A stretch of DNA of 36,239 nucleotides, taken from positions 1 to 36,239 of the forward strand of contig JBBIJQ010000016.1 of the NCBI GenBank assembly GCA_037445915.1, written 5' to 3'. This document shows positions 35,864-36,239 of the stretch, in pieces. Made by a program: the position numbers and the translations under genes. The DNA comes from Planctomycetales bacterium. GTDB lineage: Bacteria; 4484-113. Each line of letters opens with the position of its first letter. Position 1 is the first letter of the stretch. Below the pieces are notes generated by a model that was not told where the DNA came from, did not search any database, and saw only the letters and a program-made list of their open reading frames with translations.

Positions 35864-36239
35864 TTAGTGGCGCGCTAGAGGGGCAGGCACGGGACAGGAA
35901 TTAGAGGCAAGATACAGCGCAGGGGAGTTCCAGTCAAGAGAGGAATGCGGGCGGTTATGATTGCAGAAATGGAGGACTCGGGCAAGGTCGGCGACGAGGG
36001 CAGCGTCGGAGAAAGTGCGGTCATGCGCCCCGCATGGTCTCGTCGCGCAGGATGCGGCTGAAGCGTTCCACTTTCCGTTTTGGTTGGGTGCAGTTCCCCC
36101 ATGCATGAATGAGCGGCAAGCCTGCGCTTGCGCCGCCCAATCAGCCCGAGCCTGTGCCCGATGCGCCAGATGGTCACCGGTGCAGGCACGCGCAGCCTTT
36201 TTTTCCTGAACACGTGATGGCAGTAATGATGGCCCTTAT
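35864..36239 (-). pseudogene. Degenerate IS481-family transposase remnant
   Basis: Across three frames: VPAPVTIWRI..RLGL; QNGK then frameshift to VERFSRILRDE; frameshift to HFCNHNRPHSSL.W.SPA; central catalytic core absent; may continue past the window end. Confidence 0.8.

Overview
GC-rich bacterial chromosomal window, mostly housekeeping genes, from an apparently diderm Terrabacteria-like lineage (recA-rny linkage, yqeK-LCP and lpxB together). Gene order: rny, recA (-); NAGPA-family exported protein, xseB, rbfA, nrnA, Gfo/Idh/MocA dehydrogenase (GnnA-like), lpxB, xseA, rmlA, NTP-transferase, YtnP-like MBL hydrolase (+); ALDH, lipoprotein, nusB, LCP, yqeK, mutS (-); a nested REP-like palindrome cluster; secreted hypothetical protein, ndk, GAF/HD-GYP, rmlC, 958-aa dockerin/Fn3 lipoprotein (-); lexA (+); SDR (-); parB (+); glnA (-); winged-HTH regulator, hypothetical, purH, hypC, hypD (+); AmmeMemoRadiSam A and B (-); a decayed IS481 remnant. 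No rRNA, tRNA or CRISPR array was seen. Most notable: about 11 genes have a TANNNT -10 box 5-8 nt before the start codon (predicted leaderless mRNAs); ParB has a reciprocal Q/E swap in its CTPase motifs; four REP-like hairpins form nested inverted pairs upstream of mutS; two GTTTG-N5-CAAAC sites flank the HTH regulator promoter. All protein calls come from motif recognition by eye, not database searches.
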